64,000 nucleotides of DNA from Saccostrea cucullata. Its lineage: Eukaryota. Shown here one piece after another: positions 60,261 to 64,000 of the stretch. The stretch spans positions 1-64,000 of the forward strand of contig NW_026937195.1 of the NCBI RefSeq assembly GCF_032062105.1, given 5' to 3'. The position numbers and the translations under genes are program-made. The first letter of the stretch is position 1; the number at the start of each line of letters is the position of its first letter. The notes below the pieces were generated by a model that saw only the letters and a list, made by a program, of their open reading frames with translations, was not told the origin of the DNA and ran no database searches.

Positions 60261-63200
60261 GGCTTCGGGGCCACCAACCCTGAAATTTTCTCACATCTGA
60301 GATTTTACAGAAAATCAGAGATTTTCTGACCAAACTGTGCCACCAAATAAATATTTTTCAAACTCACACTATTCTTTTGAGTTTTTTTCTTATATCTTAT
60401 ATATTTTCAAAAGCGCGTGCCACCAACGTTTTTTCCGACTCTGGTGAGAAAAAAATCAGAGTTTTCTCTGAAAATCTTGAGTTTGGTAAACAGTAAGCTC
60501 AAATAAAAAAACTCACGTGAAATCACTCACCAAAATGGCTGCAAGCTTTGTGAGAAGGCGTCTGCAACGTCGTCGGCGAAGAACTATACGTGTGCCTAGG
60601 AGGATCTTGGATCGTTCAAATCCACTGGAAGGTTTAGGGGATGGAGAGATATTTGAGAGATATAGGTTTTTCCCTGCGACTATTTTCTTCATTGTTGACA
60701 TGTTAAAAGATAACCTTGCTTTCACGAATCTACGAAATAATCCACTTACACCCCTTCACCAAGTCTTGGTCTCGTTGCGATTTTTCGCAACAGGGTCTTT
60801 CTACATCACAATTGGAGACACTTTGAATGTTTCAAAGAGTGCAGCTGGTAGGGCGATAAGGCATGTCACGGACCTTCTGTGCCAACTTACGAGGCGTTTC
60901 ATCAGCCTTCCCCGTGGAGAGGAGCTGCTGCATATCAAGGCAGCATTCCATAAGATTGCCGGTGAGAAAGCTTGTCTGCACATGACCATGACCTTCACTT
61001 ATTCTGTAGCTTGAGCCCGATCATTCACGCATTTCACCACATAATAGTAAATTTAAAACATAAACTAAAATATAACACAAATGTATCATGCAGTCTATTC
61101 ACACGAAGTTCTCCATTTGTACCTAAAGCATGCACATTTTTACAAGCACAGAAAAATCCATATATCAATCGTAAACAGTGCACTAGTACTATTACATGTA
61201 CCATAATAAATTAATCGTCATATAAAGCGCCTCAGTACATACCGAAAAATGGGATTTAATGGGAACGCTTGAACTAAATCTGCCCTCGAAGTAAAATGAC
61301 GTTTTGTTACAAGACATGTATAATTTATGAAGACAAATTAAAAACATATACTTTACACAAAGCACCCTAATGCCAAATGAGCTTAAAAGTGGTGCATGGC
61401 CCGTAGTGACATGCATTATTAAAATTTTATAAAAACCATAATCAATGTCAATATTTTGATGAAAAATTAGATCAAGGCTTTATATCATTAAAAACAAAGT
61501 GGTTTCATTCTGTTGAATTACATGATTTAATTGTGGGGGCTTTAAAAACAGGGGAAAGGGGGAGGGGCTTTATGCCTTAGTCAAAGGGGCGTATTATGGG
61601 GCAAATGCGGCATTAAAGATTTTTCTCATCTTCATACACAACTTCACAAATTATTTCATTCTATATACATATATTAACATCATGATAGAATTAATATGGC
61701 TTGATTAAAAATTACGAAGATGAAAATGCATACTTTTATTCATTACACATGTTAAATACCATATATTCTGGATTTTTTTTCTTGACTTTTTAAAAAAAAA
61801 AATTATTTGCAATTAAGAGAAATTTTTCATAAAAATGTAAAAAAAAAAAAAATCATGATTTTCGAAAAACCTTTCTCAGTTAAAACTTTGTACTCTGTCT
61901 CCTTTTCTTTGAGGATTTTTAAGATCAAAGGACAGGATATTTATATCCAAACCCTTACATGTACCTCTTTTCTCAGGATTTCCAAGTGTTGTGGGGTGTG
62001 TTGACGGGACAATGGTCAAGATAATAGCACCAAAAGTGAACGAGGCTGATTACATATGTCGCAAAGGTTATTATGCCATCAATGTGCAGGTACTTTGAAA
62101 TTTCAAAACTGAATTTCAAAAGATTGATTGCACTTAGTGTACAAAAAGTGGCCCCCGGTTAATTGCGCAAAAATAATATATAGAAAGTAACCCAAAATAG
62201 ATTAATAAAGCTATTCTTCTAGGTCTTAATTGCAACTTTGCAAAATTACAGGAATTAAAAGTAATTAAAAAATAAAGAACGAGGCTGTGTTTTGTAAGAG
62301 GGGTCACTGTAATTCATGAATTTCCATTGTATTTTTCAAATATATTTTTTTGATCAGTTACGCCATATATGGCTTTAACTCGAAAACATCTTAGTTGGAT
62401 ATAATTAATTTTTTTCATTTTATTTGAAAAAATACCCAAAAAATTCATATAAAATAGCTAAATAGCTTAAGAGCTAGTATCGACCTTTCAATGCTAAATC
62501 CCTTGTTTTAAAAGGATGACTCAAAGATCTATAAAATAAAAAGTTGGTGTGGCATTCCACCTTAATGTGACACAATTAAAACCCAACTCGGACAAGCGCA
62601 ACATTCCGGAATTAACACCCACTAGAGGGCTTACTTAATTACCTTAATTAAAACTAAAGCGCCGTTTTCAATGAAAATTTTTGCAAGTAATGTATCACAC
62701 TGCTAACAAGATATCGGTTAGGTGTAAAATTATTAAGATTTGAGTTAATTAGATAAAGTTAAAGGGGTTCAAAAAGGGACCACGGCACTATGCTCAAGTG
62801 GAATCATTCTTTTCTTCAAAATATTCTATAAAATCGACTTCTTTCGCCACAGTGAATTCTTAGTAACACTTTTCTCTCTCTCTTTCGAAAGGTTTATGTC
62901 TTCACATATATAAAATGATTTCAAAATATTTAAAATAGAAATTAAAAACATGCATTGGCTCCCAAAAATAAATCAGACTAAAATATGATTCCATGTTTAA
63001 ACAGTACTTAAAAATTTCACCATTTCATACAGATGATGTGTGATGCTCGATTTAAAATCAGGGACGTGGTTGCTAAGTGGCCTGGTAGCGTCCATGATTC
63101 CAGAATTTTCCGGGAATCACACCTCTGCAGAGTTATGGAGGAAGGTAATTAGGCCAATAAAAATGAATTTTTTGGTTCTCAGACCCTCCCTCATCTCTTA

Positions 63201-64000
63201 CAAGTGTGCCTCATTGACCCTCTCTATTGCTAAATTAATAAAATTAAAAAAAGAAATAAACTGCCTCACCATTTTTTGAGGTATTGTACAATTTAAAATG
63301 CCTCCCTCCCTCAACATATTCTTTAAAAAAAAAAAAGGCTTGAGAACCAAGGAATTAAATTTGCATGGCCTTATGAAATGGAAATCAATTAAATTATTAC
63401 TGGATATTTCCAATCTGTATCCTTATATAATGGTTTGCTGAAGAATTTCTTGAATTTAATTTTAAGGACAGCTGCAAGGTGTGCTGTTGGGGGACTCAGG
63501 ATATGGGTTAAAACCATATTTATTAACGCCATACTTAGCTACAGAGACATCAGCCACACAAAAGTTTAATGCAGCTCATTGCAGAACCAGGTTGGTACAA
63601 TGATATACTCCCCCCCCCTTTTTTTAAATTGAGCATGCATTCAAATATTTGTATCATCACGTTCACATCCATTTTTTAATGCACAGAGTGACAATAGAAC
63701 AGGCCTTTGGAGTCTTAAAGAAAAGATTTAACGCCCTGCATTCAGGCCTGAGAACCTGCCCAGAGAGGGCTTGCCGGGTGATCACTGCATGTGCCGTCCT
63801 CCATAACATCGGCCTGGATAGGGGAGACATATTAAGAGATGTCCCTGAGATCACTGCAATAAATGAAGCCTGTGAAGTGCCCCTTCCAGAGGATGTCCAG
63901 GGTCGCACAGTGAGGGATCACATTAAAGACACATATTTCAGGTATAAAATACACATCAAATTCTTTCATTCTGAGTGTCCAGTCCATGAAATTTCATACT
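60261..64000 (+). mobile_element. PIF/Harbinger DNA transposon, 5' part (runs out of the window)
   Basis: Subterminal (G/C)CACCAA and TCAGAG/TCTGAG repeats at 60261-60480 directly upstream of the transposase; second TIR not in the window, so the boundary is approximate. Confidence 0.6.
60535..63941 (+). CDS. Harbinger/HARBI1-like DDE transposase. Exons 60535-60961, 61977-62089, 63033-63144, 63467-63590, 63687-63941 (last few codons probably beyond the window)
   Basis: Phase-consistent GT-AG exons: [89 protein letters not shown]; no stops. Confidence 0.93.

Overview
AT-rich, repeat-dense eukaryotic genomic DNA, most likely from a bivalve mollusc (oyster-like repeat families, RING-less B-box/NHL gene family), with three N-gaps. 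Host genes: a spliced minus-strand signal-peptide + EMI-domain gene missed by the ORF track (5491->3394, 3' end unresolved); the 3' half of a MAPKBP1/WDR62-like WD40 gene (10 exons, 7928-17293, one frameshift); and two head-to-head B-box/coiled-coil/NHL TRIM-like paralogues, one a pseudogene and one intact. Mobile DNA dominates: Helentron-associated satellite-bearing elements, TTAA and other MITEs, Penelope-like and RTE remnants, a Gmr1-order (PR-INT-RT-RH) Ty3/Gypsy element whose 5' LTR is replaced by a U5-U5 fold-back yet is flanked by a 5-bp TSD, and an intact intron-containing Harbinger transposase. The two most unusual items are (1) a decayed ~4.7-kb virus-like gene cassette (26993-31707) ending in a Polinton/Maverick-type ACTACT terminus, carrying a CRESS-Rep-like domain fused to a TARG1/DarG-type macrodomain, an all-Cys RING, an orphan ORF and a zinc-knuckle gene, and (2) a LINE-type ORF1 carrying a C-terminal IMPACT/YigZ (UPF0029) domain (58914-60125). 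All assignments are by eye from motifs; no database search was run.
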